Of a stretch of DNA of 64,000 nucleotides, positions 24,373 through 37,160 are shown one piece after another. Within the stretch, counting starts at the first letter, position 1; each line of letters starts with the position of its first letter. Position numbers and translations under genes: made by a program. Location: the NCBI GenBank assembly GCA_964106915.2, contig OZ066927.1, one strand, 5' to 3'. The DNA comes from Podarcis gaigeae (lineage: Eukaryota). The notes beneath the pieces were generated by a model. That model was not told the origin of the DNA. It made no database searches and saw only the letters and a list, made by a program, of their open reading frames with translations.

Positions 24373-26352
24373 CACACTTTAAAATCCCAGTCACATAAGA
24401 GTAATACGATGGAAGCACCAAAGTATTGCGTTTAAGATCCTTCCTTCCTCTCTGTCCTTCTCTCTCTCTCTCTCTCTCCCACCCCACACTCCAGTTTTTC
24501 CAAGGAACTGGCTGAGGGTTTTTTTTTTGTCTTAGGGGGAATAGTGGGAGGGGGTGTTTGAATGGTATGAAAGGGACGAAGAAGGTCCCGGGCAATCGAT
24601 TTTTCTTGTCCTCTCTGTCTTTTCGGATCAGTGCCTTTCAATGGGCATGGAGGTGCTCTTTCAGACACAAACTTGTGCTACATTTTCTGCCTGTATTCCT
24701 GCTAAATACAATAAAATGCTGGGCAGATTCCACACTCGCACTCACACAAATGCACAAACACACGCACATACACCTCTTCCACACCCTCTTTTCTTCTTCC
24801 TTTGGGTAGAAAGCCCTCTAATTAAATTGTTTGATATGCCCAGTCAAGACAGGGCAATTTAATATGCATTAGTATAAAGATATATTCTGCGAGGAAGCGT
24901 TTTTCTACTTTTCCTTATTAGCAAAAGGGTTTTTTGGGGGGGGAGGGAGGAAAGGGCTCCTTTTAAACATCCAGACATTGACAGAAGTGGGTACCTTAGT
25001 TCACTTCACTCCCCCCCCAATTCCTATTCTACCTGGATGGAGCAGGATATTTATTTATTTATTTTTAAAGAGGGAATCCGCAGAATCTCGGCACGTACTC
25101 AAGTTCTTAAGAAACACGCCCTTTGTATTTCTAGCCTATTTGAACACCCTGGGGGCTTACTTCAGAGTTACCGCGCATAGGATCGGGCTGCAGGTCTCTC
25201 GGTGAGAAAGGAAGGTGTCGGTTTCGCAGCCCAAAAAGGCCTTCCGAAGGAGACATTTGAGGATGAGTGTTTGCTTGTTCATTTTTTTTCTCGGGGAATA
25301 ATTGGGTTCCCTACCCCTCCTACCCTTAAAGGCACTGGAAGTTACGCATTCTCACGACCATGTTCTGGGGTGGCGGTGGAAGAAAACCTAACTGCGTGGA
25401 AAGCATCGTCTCTATAATTATACGATGGCTCTAAGAACTGCAGGCACCTATACGTTTATTTATGTTTGTTTTAGACGCTCACGTCCTTATGTTATTCCAG
25501 ACAAACATCTGTCAGCTGGGAGACTCCGTGCCTATCCTTACCGGAGAGAGACACAGATGACTATGATATATATTATCAACCCAACAACACAGAAATACTA
25601 CGCTCCCCCTCCCCCGTAGTGAAAGATACACCGAGTGGGCATGATCCAAACAAATTTAACAGCATGTTCATGTTGCAGTCCCATGCACACTTCTTATGTA
25701 GGAATGAACCCCATTCAAGGGAATGCGCTGCAGGCGCCTTAATAGAAATCGTGAGAGCAATCTTATACTTGCCTAGTCAAGCTCGCTGAATTAAATGGGA
25801 TTTACTCCCAGGTAAGCGGGTAAAGGACTGCAGCTTCGAGATGCCTTTCTTTCATTGTGCTTTTCTCTAACAGGACGCGAAAGTGTCTTAGCGTTGACTA
25901 GATCGCCTGTCTGTTTTTAGAGATACACTCTAGATTAATTTCGCCGCGTTCACACGAACCCTTTGGGTCCCATTCCCAGCAACACCAAAGCTCTCCCAGG
26001 TGTTTCCCTATGCTTGGAAGGGCAGGGAAAGGCCTGTTCAGACATAGAACGAGCCTTTTACCCTAAGATCCTCCCTGGCCACACCATGTGCCTGTCCTGT
26101 CGTGTGAACAAACTGGCCTAACAATTTTCCTGCTTTACTGGAGCGTCTTATTCATTCTTATCCTAAACAGGCGGCGGCGGGGCAACCGTTTTAAGGCGAT
26201 TTCTTCTTCCTTCTTGGGAAGGCAATAGTTGAATCGGTCTCCCTAGATGAGGTCAAAGAAAAGGTGGGCACATTTATCGGTGCGTGAAAGAGAGAGGGAG
26301 CATGACTGATGGACGGATGTGGGGAACGAGCGACAGATGCGACTAAAGAGAT

Positions 26353-26437
26353 GGATCCATACTGCACGCATCTGAAGGACACGTGTGCATACTGCATGGA
26401 CACGGATCCATACTGCACGCATCTGAAGGACACGTGT
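26353..26437. repeat. 34-bp direct repeat, period 51
   Basis: GGATCCATACTGCACGCATCTGAAGGACACGTGT at 26353-26386 and 26404-26437. Confidence 0.95.
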
Positions 26438-26770
26438 ACATTTATTGCACGTCTGCATTTCAGGGGTAAACGCTTTAGAGCTCTGTGGAGCCAGGGGTCA
26501 TATTTAACTCGAGGAAATGCTTCCTCGGCCCGCACCTGGATCACAACGGGAAATCATTTATGCGGAAAAACCGCGATGCGACCCCACTCGCACTCCAGTG
26601 CTGAGCCACCCCCCCATCCCGTCCATTATTTACTTCACTGGGCATGAAAGTCACTGTGAGGCTGCAGATCCGGGAAGGTGATCTGGGGGGATTATTCCCA
26701 AGGAATCCAGCGGGAATGAGGGGGTGACTTCGATTGAAACACGCCCAGGTTCCTGACTCCTATAAGGGGA

Positions 26771-26818
<48 letters not shown>
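26771..26818. repeat. (ATAG)n tetranucleotide microsatellite
   Basis: Twelve ATAG units. Confidence 0.95.
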
Positions 26819-29443
26819 GGACTGCCTATCTGTCTATCCCAGCATGAATGGTATTTTTGATACCCGCGATTCCTGGCCCATTGTAGGTGGACTCCTACCA
26901 GTGAACTTAAGTGGAAGTTTCGAAAACGCCTCCTATAAATTTAACTTGGCGTGCTCAGAATTATATATAAAATATCCCTCTCTCTGTGTGAGAGAGAAAT
27001 TGTTCAGATAGAACCCCCCCCCCCTTGGCCGCTGCGCCTTCAATTCGGCAAGCGCGGCGATTTCAGAGAGTTTTGTTCCCACTGCGGGAGCGTAACTTGC
27101 GCGCTCTTTTGCCGAAAGTTTAGGTTTGTTTTGTTTGTTTTTTTAAAAAGGAGGCCGGAGGGGGAGAATCGACGGAGAGAGAGAGGAGAACAATTTTCGT
27201 GTCGAGAGCAGGAAATGGAGTGGAAGAAAGAGAGAGGCGGAAAGTATCAGGGTCCGAGCCCCTCGCTGCGCTCTTTTCCCGATTGCGCTTCTGCGCCGCG
27301 CGCATTTCAGGCGCAATAAAGCCGGCAGACTTATTTCCAAGGAGCCGCACGTAGGATTGGTGGGGGGCAATCTCTCCCTCCCTCCCTGCTGTCCCTGCGC
27401 TATAAGAGAAGGAGACGTCTGTCTGAGGCAGACCTCACCTCTTGGACAGCCCCCCTCCCTTTGAGACTGGGCTAGCTCTATTGATCCAGAGGAGACGCTA
27501 GAGGTATCACCAGGCTAAATATTTACCGATCACACACAAACAGTCAGGTTACCCGAACGATTTTTCCCTCCCTCCCCTCCTTCTCTTTCTTCCTCCCCCC
27601 CTTTTTTTACTGCGCGGAGAGCGGAGTGGAAAGGGAGAGAGGGGGGCAAATCATTTTATTAGTGTGTATAAAGCAAAGAACACATTCTAAGCAGGAGTGT
27701 TTTAAGATGTGTCTTCAGCGGGATGAAAAGAGTTAGCGAAATCGATACGGAGTGATTAGGAGCTCCCGGAGTGTCGCGGGTGTGGGGGGAGCGAGAGAGC
27801 GCAAGCGAGCTGTGAATTTCTTATATTTGCTAATCCCAGGTTAAGGGGAAAGAAGGAGAGCGCAACTCAAAGAAAGAGGAGTCTGGACGCGACGGCCGGA
27901 GATTTTCAGGCACGGTGGGGCGGGGTGGGATGGATAGAAGAATGAAATCGAACCAGGACTGTAAAATGCTGGCACACATTTCCTTACCCGGATTCCCCCA
28001 ACGCCTCCCCCATCTCCACCCGCGAAAGAGTCCCTCTTAGCTCGAGGAAGGCAAAAGAAAACCTGGAGGATTTCTCAATTAACCCTCTACGAAGCAAGCA
28101 ATTGCATGTGTTTAATTCCCCCCTCTCCTCAGTTATTAACCGTGTTTATGGCACGTTACGATGGTACTTGGAGGGTATCTACGTGTGGATAAAATATAAG
28201 GGGTTTGTGTTTGTGAGAGAGACCGTCACCCAAACATGTCAGAGAAGCCCAGGGGCTGGGATTGTCAACTCTTGGGGGTCCATTTGATGTCCGACTATTC
28301 CGCTGGTTAGGGTGGGGAGGCGGGCGCAGTAAATGGAGCGATTCAGATCGATTTGGAGAAGAGGGGCGTTTAAAGCTTGTGCCTTGGTTGAACTTTTCTC
28401 ATTTTGCCCCAGCACATTTGCACTCCCCTTTCCACGAGAATGGCTGTGTCCGGGAGACAGAAGGTTGTGGAACTGATAAGATGGCTGGGATGTGGGATGG
28501 GAGTTGGTGCGTGTGTGCTCCTTTCAAAAGAAGGATCTTAATAATCGCACACCTCGACAACTTGAAGAAAGAGATGTTTGCTTCTCTTTCCTCTCCTGGG
28601 GTGTCGTCATTTCAGCTCACGGAAAGGTAGCAGGAGCTGAAATGTACAGCGGGAGAACAGGCGGAGATCTTGTAAAAAAACCAAACCTCAACCCCCAAGC
28701 ACAAACACACGTTTTCCGAAGGGATAGAAAGGTTGAACCGAGTCTTCACATGGCAGTTCTTTCAGAAAGTCAACTTCTTTCCAAGGAAAGTTCTCTCAAA
28801 GTGGGGCAGTTTGGCTGAGGAGGCGTTTGTAAGAGAGAGACCCCCCCGCCGCACTTCCCTTCGGGTAGACGTTAGAGTTAAGAAGCTGGAGGGGGGGCGG
28901 GTCAACTAACTGGCTACATAAATCGAAAGGGGGCGGGGAGAAGCCTTTCCGTAGAACTGCACGACCTTGAGCTAAACTCCCCCCCCCATACCAATGATCT
29001 CCATCACCACATCAGGGGGTGGGGTGGGGAGTCAAATTTACCTCGATATTTTTTAATAGGTACTTTTTCAGAGTCTACAATGCTGGTTGGTTTAAATTCT
29101 ACCAAACCCCAGATTAAAGTTACAGTTCTTAACAGTCCAACATTAATTTTTGTGTGTGTTAAAAAACCCACAAGAAAAAAAAGAAAAAGGGGGTGCGCAC
29201 CGTCCATTCCCCTCTTTGACTAATTCGTTAGATTAGAGATAGGAAAAGTTTGACCTCAAAGGTCGGGAGCAGCTGGGTTTCATTAACTCTTGCGGCCCCA
29301 ACACAGAACCGAGGTTGAAGACCCAAATTTAAAGCGGGGTGGAGGACGGAGGTGTGACTACGAGGTAGGCGTAATGTTTGAAATACAATAGAAAGGGGGA
29401 AAGCTATGGTAGATAGTGGGTCTAATATCTGCAGGGTTTTATT

Positions 29444-29470
<27 letters not shown>

Positions 29471-29474
<4 letters not shown>

Positions 29475-29596
29475 GATAGGTAGCCGTGTTGGTCTGCCAT
29501 AGTCAAAACAAAAAAAATTCCTTCCAGTAGCACCTTAAAGACCAACTAAGTCAGTTCTTGGTATGAGCTTTCGTGTGCATGCACACTTCTTCAGAT
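29471..29596 (-). mobile_element. Penelope-like retroelement terminal fragment with minimal hammerhead motif
   Basis: GGTAGCCGTGTTGGTCTG...GTAGCACCTTAAAGACCAAC...ATGAGCTTTCGTGTGCATGCACACTTCTTCAGAT resembles reptile Penelope pseudo-LTR ends. Flanked by ATTTGTGTGTGT on both sides (29441.., 29595-29606). Confidence 0.7.
29561..29596 (-). ncRNA. Minimal type I hammerhead ribozyme core (stem I truncated)
   Basis: Minus strand AU-CUGAAGA-A-GUGUG CAUG CACAC-GAAA-GC-UC-AUAC: CUGANGA and GAAA boxes, 5-bp stem II, palindromic AGCU stem III, UC cleavage site. Confidence 0.6.
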
Positions 29597-30714
29597 TTGT
29601 GTGTGTCCCCCACCTGATTCTTGGAGTCTAGTTTAAATGTCTGGAAAGAGAAAACAACAACTTTTATTACTAAGTTAAAGCAGAATTTAAAACAGGGCAG
29701 CCCAATCCTATGCACGTTTCCTCGAAAGTAAGTCTCACTAGGCTCCAAAGGACTCCCCTCACCCCGAGAATGTGCACAGGGTCGTAGCTTCCCCATCAAT
29801 TAACTGCTGCCAGTTATAGATGCATTCCCTAATCACAAATTTCAAAATGTGGATTTTAATTGGAGCTGTAAAAAGAAGAGAGAGAGAGAGAGATGTTCTG
29901 TGAAGCGATCTAAGCACATCTCTTGTTTCCTGAAATTCCTTCTAAGAGGTTAGGGGTGATGATGGTGGAATTGGGCCCCACAATATGAACTCTCTGCATT
30001 ATATAGCTGAGAAAGAAAGGAGAAAATACATCTTAATTCACAGGCCACCTTCATGTTATCCATCTGGAGTGATTCACATTTATTGCTGCACATTGGTATG
30101 TATTGCAATCAGTTAATTTGTTGATGAATCATGTAAAATCAGAAGCAACCCTTTAATGAGTTGGTAGCCAAAGATGGCAAGTACTTTTACAAGAGGACAG
30201 TCACAAGCAGCCTTTCACACACAGGAAGTCTGCACAGATATAACTAGCAAGCAGTAGAAATGTATGTGTGCATGCATGGTAAACATGCATATGTATGAAA
30301 TACGTACAAATATACATGTATGTGTTTGCAGGTGAACTGTGCACTCATATAATATCTAAATGTGCAGATAGACACTTCCAGTACAAGATGTACTTAAGAA
30401 CACACTACAAAATATACACACCTCACAATCCTGTTCGTAAGATTGATAAAGAGGCTCATCGTGCAAAATAAGCAGACAAAAATGTGAATTTTAAAGGAAG
30501 CAGGAAAGTTGACCCCTACAGTTAACATAGCTGCAGCAATGAATGCACCCCCCCCCCCCCGGAAGCCCTGGTCCAAAAAATGATTTAGCCTTAGGAGGAA
30601 GGGGAAATGTATCTTTATGTAAAAGGGACAAATCAACTGCTGGAATATTTTTTTTGGTTTGAACCTTTTAAGCATCACTGCCTCCTCTACATTGAAGGTG
30701 TGTGTGTGTGTGTG

Positions 30715-30748
<34 letters not shown>

Positions 30749-33700
30749 TGTAAACATCTATCTATTCTGAGCCATAATTTTAGAATATTTTAACTGTTCT
30801 TATATTCTGAATTGATTCCTTGATTGCCATTTCATTAAAAAAACAACTTGCATGTTTCAAGCCAGCAGGTTCCATAATGCACACACACAAAAAACATTGT
30901 ACAGGAGCCATCATATTCCTATTTTAATGGTTTTCTCTCGTATAAAGAAATGAATGCATGTTCAAATAAATAAATATGTTGAAAAGTGAGGTTCATATAT
31001 ACTAAAGGCATAGTCAAATTATTTTGATAGCTTCCTGTTATTTTTAACACAGGCATTCCAAGGACTAGTAACAATGAAACAGTTTCCAAATGTTTTCATT
31101 CAACTGAAAATGCCAGTTTGGGGGGGAAAAAATTAAAATAACCCAGATTACAGAAACCTCTTCTTTCCTTTCCTTTCCTTTCCTTTCCTTTCCTTTTCCA
31201 TAACAAATATTTTCAATAACCTGACAACAAGGAAATTTTGTAGAGTCATTTCTGATGGTTTTTTTTTTTTGAAGCATATTCCCAAACTAAGGAACAAAAT
31301 TGCCCCCAAACATGCAAAACAAGGGCTTTAAAAAAATCACATCCCTTAAAAAACAACAAAACAGAATCACTTTAGACTTCTCTGCATGTATCTATATTGC
31401 AAGCCAATGTTAAACAAATGGGAGCTCAAATTAATTCAATGTGACATTTTATTAGTTTCCAGGCCCTATGTTAAGGTTTATCTAAACAAAGAACTGGCAT
31501 TTGGATCACACTATAAACCTGAACTGATCTATGGGCTGAAGCATAAAGGAGAAGCTCTTAGTCGAGAACCCATATGACTTTAGCAGATAGAAAAATAGCA
31601 GATAGAAAAAACAGCAACCCACAAAACCCACCACATATTAACGAGCCTTGTAATTATTAGCGCACCCTTGATCCTCTTGCCTGCAAGAGCCTAGGATTTC
31701 CTTGCAAAGATTTTAAGTGCCTCTTTAAGATGGTGTCTCCTAAAATGAGTTAAGACGAACTGCTCTCAAACAACAGTTGAATACTTGTCTAAAAGGAAAT
31801 GTTTAAACTCTACTTGTTTGACCATCTGCCCCCCGCCCTCAGATTGACTTTTACTTGTCTCATTCCTCTTCCCAATGATGACACTAAGTTTGGTATCAAA
31901 TATTATTTTCTGTGTTGCTGTTCTAAAAATAAAATAAGCAAACATTTATTTTCATAATCTTGCCTGTTTAAGTGGGGTAAATGGAATCACATTTAAGAGT
32001 TAAATCGCAACTGGAAAAAGCAGTTGTGAAGTACCAGAAACCATGAAAATGGTATCTGTGGTTGTCGGATAAGCTTGTTGTGAAAGTTGCAAAATACATT
32101 TTTGTGAAAAATGAAGTTTTAAACACCTCTCATAGGCATCTTTCCTTATGATCATCCCTCAACTAATAATACTACCACAATCAACTTCCTCTGTGTCATA
32201 GGATAAATGTAGCTGTATATATGTACTGTGTTATTTACAGGCTGTCAACCAATTAAAAAATCGAGTCAATTAATAAGTTGTCTTTTCACCAGTTAATTGA
32301 TTGATCAATGAAATACATTGGCATGTTAGCAAAAAAACTCAAGGGGTCCCATTTTGACTTACTGAAAGAAGGGTGAAGAAATTTTCAGTGTTATAATCAT
32401 TTCCTTCCACCCACCCACCCTTCTCTGTTATGGGGACAGAATAGAATCAAAATAGGCTAAAATAAATACTTAACTTTAACCTGTGTCCTTAATGATGAAA
32501 ACTGGCCTCTACTTTAGTTAATTAATCTACCAATTAAACCAATATTCCAGTTAAAGCACATACACACTTGGTTAAAATAATCTCATCGATAACACCTCTC
32601 TATCCCACTCTTTCACCGTTTCATTCATTGCTTTAGATTCTGTATTCGAAGGTGTATTTCCAGAGATCTATTTATTTAGCAGAACACAACATTCTTTTGC
32701 GCCTCTACTGCACTTGTATGAGTGCCTGATGCCCAGCACTGAGTCTCCCTGAGACCTAAGAAGGAGAACTCACAATAACATTTGTACATTTGGTAATTAA
32801 ACACCTGCATCTTGCATTCTGAAAGTTGATCTTGCAAAGTTTGCCATTTTTCATCCACTGCAACTATTTTTGTTTAAAGGTTACATTTAAATATATCCAC
32901 CTTGTTCTGGCAACCACATTTCAAGCTATTTTACAACCATGTTTGTGTTTAGTACAGTTCTGTGATTTTAAAGTCTCTCTCTCTCTCTCCCCCTCTCCCT
33001 CTCCCTCTTATGAAGCTTGTCCAATTTTAAAGGACATCATAATTTTTGGGGCTGGGGGAGGGATATTTTTTACATTACTTGAAAGCCACATGCTTCTGTC
33101 ATGGTGTACATTGTAGATGATCAGGGTATGGTTTTGCCATAATGTAGTGTTTACACCCCCCCCCCCAAAGCTCCTGGAATTTATCACTTAAAAAAAATTC
33201 ATCCTAATTTTGGCCCACTTCAAGCATCTGTATTTTCATCTTTTTGGGTTTTCATATAGAAGAGGAAATTGACAAGCTCACAGCCACAGAATCTTAGAGC
33301 ACGTCTGTTTTTGAAATAGAGGCTAGGGGTCAAAGGGCAGGGAGTTTTACTTTTATTATTATAATACTTTTAATAGTTTTAAGTTTCAGGGCAACAATGC
33401 AGTCATTTTGATAAGGGAGCTCATGTGTTTCTGTGACACATAACCCCCCCTCTAAATAACAAAAAGAAGAAACTATACCCCTGCTAAATTAAAAAACAGG
33501 GCATATGTTAAGTATGGTTCATATTATGGTCTTCAAAATTCTTTGCCATTGCAGGGAAAGTCTCAAACATTTCCTGAACTCTGTATACAGCCTCAAAATA
33601 GAGAGTTTTGTTTTCAAAGTTGTTGACAAGCACCCTTTGGCATACTTAAAATGGAGACCATTTAAGTTCTAATCAGAGTAGATCCATTGAAGTTAATGAA

Positions 33701-34258
33701 CCTAAGTTAGATTTGTCCATCAATTTCAGTGGTCTACTCTAAGCCGAACATATATTGGCTATCACTTGATGTATTCAGCAACATACATTTTATTGACTGG
33801 TTAACTGAGGTTTCCTAAGCCATATGGGAGAGAACTTTTCCCTCATAAGCTGAAACACTATTTCATGTCTATGACATTTCATGGCTACCTGGTCTAGTAA
33901 GTCTTCATCCATTCTCTGCTGGGTCTACCAAATTTGAATCGGCAAAACTTGTCTTCTTATAATTTCATTCATAAGGAAAATTCTATGATGCCAACAATGA
34001 CGGTTTGTAAGTTGCAAGAAAGGAGAGATCTTTCAACTTTAATGCTATGGTCCTTGCGTTGTGTTTTCAGATCCTATTAATTTATTTTAAACCAGTAACA
34101 TCCCATTGGTAAACCACAGGGCTTCATGAGCCAGCAAACAAGCATATATATCACAACGGAACCTAAACACACCCAAAACTAAAAGAAGCATCAAAGCATG
34201 CCAAAAGCAGCAGAGCAGAAGGAGTGCTGTTTTCAGATTCTTTGTAAAAGTCATGGTG

Positions 34259-34446
34259 CCATAGGAAACTGCTTTATTCGGAGTCATCCTATTGGTCCAT
34301 CTAGCTTAGTAGTGTCAACACTGACTGGCAGTGGTTCTCCACGGTTTCAAACAGAGAGTATTCACAGCCCTACCTGACAATGCTGGGCTTGGAAATTGGG
34401 ACATTCTGGGGGTAAGGACAATACTTTATCACTGAACTATGGCCCT
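34259..34446 (-). mobile_element. tRNA-Ala-derived ~190-bp SINE (Squam2-like)
   Basis: Minus strand: tRNA-like head ATAGTTCAGTGATAAAG, body GCCAGTCAGTGTTGACACTACTAAGCTAGATGGACCAAT, tail TTCCTATG. Confidence 0.7.
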
Positions 34447-34791
34447 TACCCTGATGGCAAGTCAAGGGAAGGGTGTTCCAGAGCTTAGGCACCACAACCA
34501 AAAACTCCATTCTCTCTGCTGATATCCATCTTGCTCCATTCTTTCTGAATAACCTCTTAATGATCTGGAAAACTCACATGGCTGTGTACAATACTCTCTG
34601 GGTACCTTCATTCAAAGCCTTTTAGGGCTTGTGCATATGCAGGTGATATGTTAGTATGTGTTTGTAGTGTTTTTTCAGAGGGTTGTACTAGCTAGATGAA
34701 CCTTGGGATATCTTACAACTCTGAAAGTCTATGATTCTATGTACCTGATATTTCACCCAAGTTCATGGACCTCTTAACTGGAAGAGTCCCT

Positions 34792-35274
34792 CAAATGGAA
34801 GAGGATGTCTTCACCCTGGTATGCCCCCCCCCTTATCACATACACAGCTCAACAAGACAATGACAAGAATCCACCAAGCATACAGATCAATATGGCTAAC
34901 CTGATTCAAAAACACCCACCTCACTCACACATGAAAACAAAGTTCACCACAGCCAATCACAAACAAACAACCACACCCTAGGCCAACCCCAACCTCTCTC
35001 ACCACCAAAGGAACACAAGCGAATAGTAAAGAGAACCCGCACAAGTGACACTGACACAAAACCCCACACATTAATTAAAATAGAAACATTGCCACCCTAC
35101 TCCACCCCCACTCACCATGGCCCCCTCCACCTCTTTCCCCCTTTTCTTCCTAGTGTAACACTAATGTCTCAACAAATGAAACTGATCTGTAGAAAATGTA
35201 ACTTGCAAAAAGAGACATTGCACATACTTTTGTGAACCAATAAATCTTTAATAAAAATACATTTTAAAAAATAC
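34792..35274 (+). mobile_element. 5'-truncated L1-like LINE 3' end
   Basis: Short ORF2-C-terminus-like stretch (QMEEDVFTLVCPPLITYT), C/A-rich UTR, two AATAAA and an A-rich tail. 15-bp TSD with 2 mismatches: ACTGGAAGAGTCCCT 34777-34791 and ACTGGGAAAGTCCCT 35275-35289. Confidence 0.7.
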
Positions 35275-35941
35275 ACTGGGAAAGTCCCTTGCTACCAGAG
35301 TCTGTGGTGGTCCATGCATATAGAAAATAACCTATAGACTTGAACAGAGTGTCTCCAGAGAATATAGGAGGCCCTTCCTGTTCTAGGGTGCAGCCCAGGA
35401 GTTTTGGACCTCTTTATCAACCCAAGTGACCAGAGTGGTGATGCAAACAGAACAGTCTCCTCCTGCATCTTTAGTAGGAGCAAATAAGCTTTGACTTTGT
35501 TAATCTTTGCTCCCTGAGCTGCTTATTGTAGGGTCCCTTAATAAGATTCAGAGCAACCTCTGGATTCCCCAAACGGCTGTCCGAAAACTTCTGGCTAAGC
35601 CAGGTGACCACTTTGACAACATCTAGGTCTCTCCCAGCCATTTTCAGAAAGAGGATCACATTCTGCCCCCCCCCTGTGTTTGTTTGCTTGTTATGCTCCT
35701 ACACATCAAATTAGAAAAAGCACAAAGATTTCTGTGATCTGCAGTTGAAGGCAACTCAAAAGAGAAAAATAAAAATTTCAGAAGCAAGGATGGGCGATTA
35801 TAGAGAATTTATTGAGTGGCGTATTTATTGTGGGATTAATTTTTTGGGGTGGGTGGGTGGGAGGCAAAGCTGTGACTGGAGGGCAGGAGAAACACCGGCT
35901 GCCCCCCCCCTTCTCAAGGCGTTGCTAACTTTTATGATATT

Positions 35942-36000
<59 letters not shown>

Positions 36001-36038
36001 CTTTCTACTATCTGCCTTTGTGCCTTCAGGGGCAGTGA

Positions 36039-36169
36039 NNNNNNNNNNNNNNNNNNNNNNNNNNNNNNNNNNNNNNNNNNNNNNNNNNNNNNNNNNNNNN
36101 NNNNNNNNNNNNNNNNNNNNNNNNNNNNNNNNNNNNNNNNNNNNNNNNNNNNNNNNNNNNNNNNNNNNN
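36039..36169. other. Assembly gap (N run)
   Basis: 131 N. Confidence 1.
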
Positions 36170-36767
36170 CTTCTTGTTGTTGCTTTCTATCTCTCCCTTT
36201 GCTCTTCAGAATAAGAATAAGAAAGAAAAAATGCTGTCCACCACCAAATCCCTTTCAATGCCCCCCCCCGTTCTAAAAAAAGGGACAATAATAGAAATGG
36301 ACAAATTAGGTGTAAAGTTGCAATACAGTCACAGGTTTGAGTGTGTGTTTTTATCTCATTTGCAAAGGCTGAAGCCTCCTGTCAGTCACATTAAAATGAA
36401 ATTGGATCTAACATTTATTCAATAAATACTTCTCTTGTAGGTAATCCAGAGCAGAGTGCTTTTGACACACAAGGACTTAATTTATCTCAGATAAGAAGTT
36501 ATTAATATGGTACATTTAAACTTGCCACCTACAGTAAGGTCATTCAGATCTTTAATGTGATTCAGAAAAACGGGTTTGAGGGGAAGAAGGGGACCAAGTT
36601 TGAGATGGCATTCTATGTGTCAGCAGTGGGAGGGAAACGCAATAGTTAGTGCCAGGGAAATAAGGTCCTATAGTGGAAACATTGACCATCATTTCTGCTC
36701 AGCCTGAATTCATTGGAGAGTTCATTGCTTTTGAACCTGACTTTTCCATCTGCAAAGCAGGAATGAT

Positions 36768-36960
36768 AGGAACATAAGGAGGCTGCCTTACACCCAGTCA
36801 GATCATTGGCCCATCTAGTTCAGTACTGTCCACACTGACTGTCAGCATCTCTCCAGGGTTTCAGGCAGGGGACATTGCCTGGTCTTCCTGAAGATCCTTG
36901 GGGTTCTATTTGGGACCTTATGCATGTAAAGCACATGCTTTACCACTGAGCTATAACCCT
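36768..36960 (-). mobile_element. Squam2-like SINE
   Basis: Head TATAGCTCAGTGGTAAAGCATGTGCTTTACATGCATAAGGTCCC; tail CCTTATGTTCCTA. Confidence 0.75.
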
Positions 36961-37032
36961 TCCTCAAGAAGTGAGGAGGCTGTATTATTTGCCGGTTCAA
37001 CAGTTTGTCCAACTAGCTTGGTACTGTATACT

Positions 37033-37160
37033 CCAGGTGTGAGGAATCTCTGATCTTCCAGATGTCACTGAACTACAATTCCCATCAACATGGGGAACGG
37101 CCAGGGTTGATGAGAGTTGTAGTTCAGCTACATCTTGGCAGGCTAATCTCCCCACACACC
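37033..37160. mobile_element. Short fold-back MITE (ACTACAATTCCCATCA type)
   Basis: AGATG..GAACTACAATTCCCATCAAC...GTTGATGAGAGTTGTAGTTC..CATCT palindrome; sister copy at ~37610-37732. Confidence 0.65.

Noticed and set aside
26191-26647. ORFs with repeated peptides (HVSFRCVQYGS x2)
   Set aside because: Explained by the 34-bp DNA duplication; no splice or homology support.
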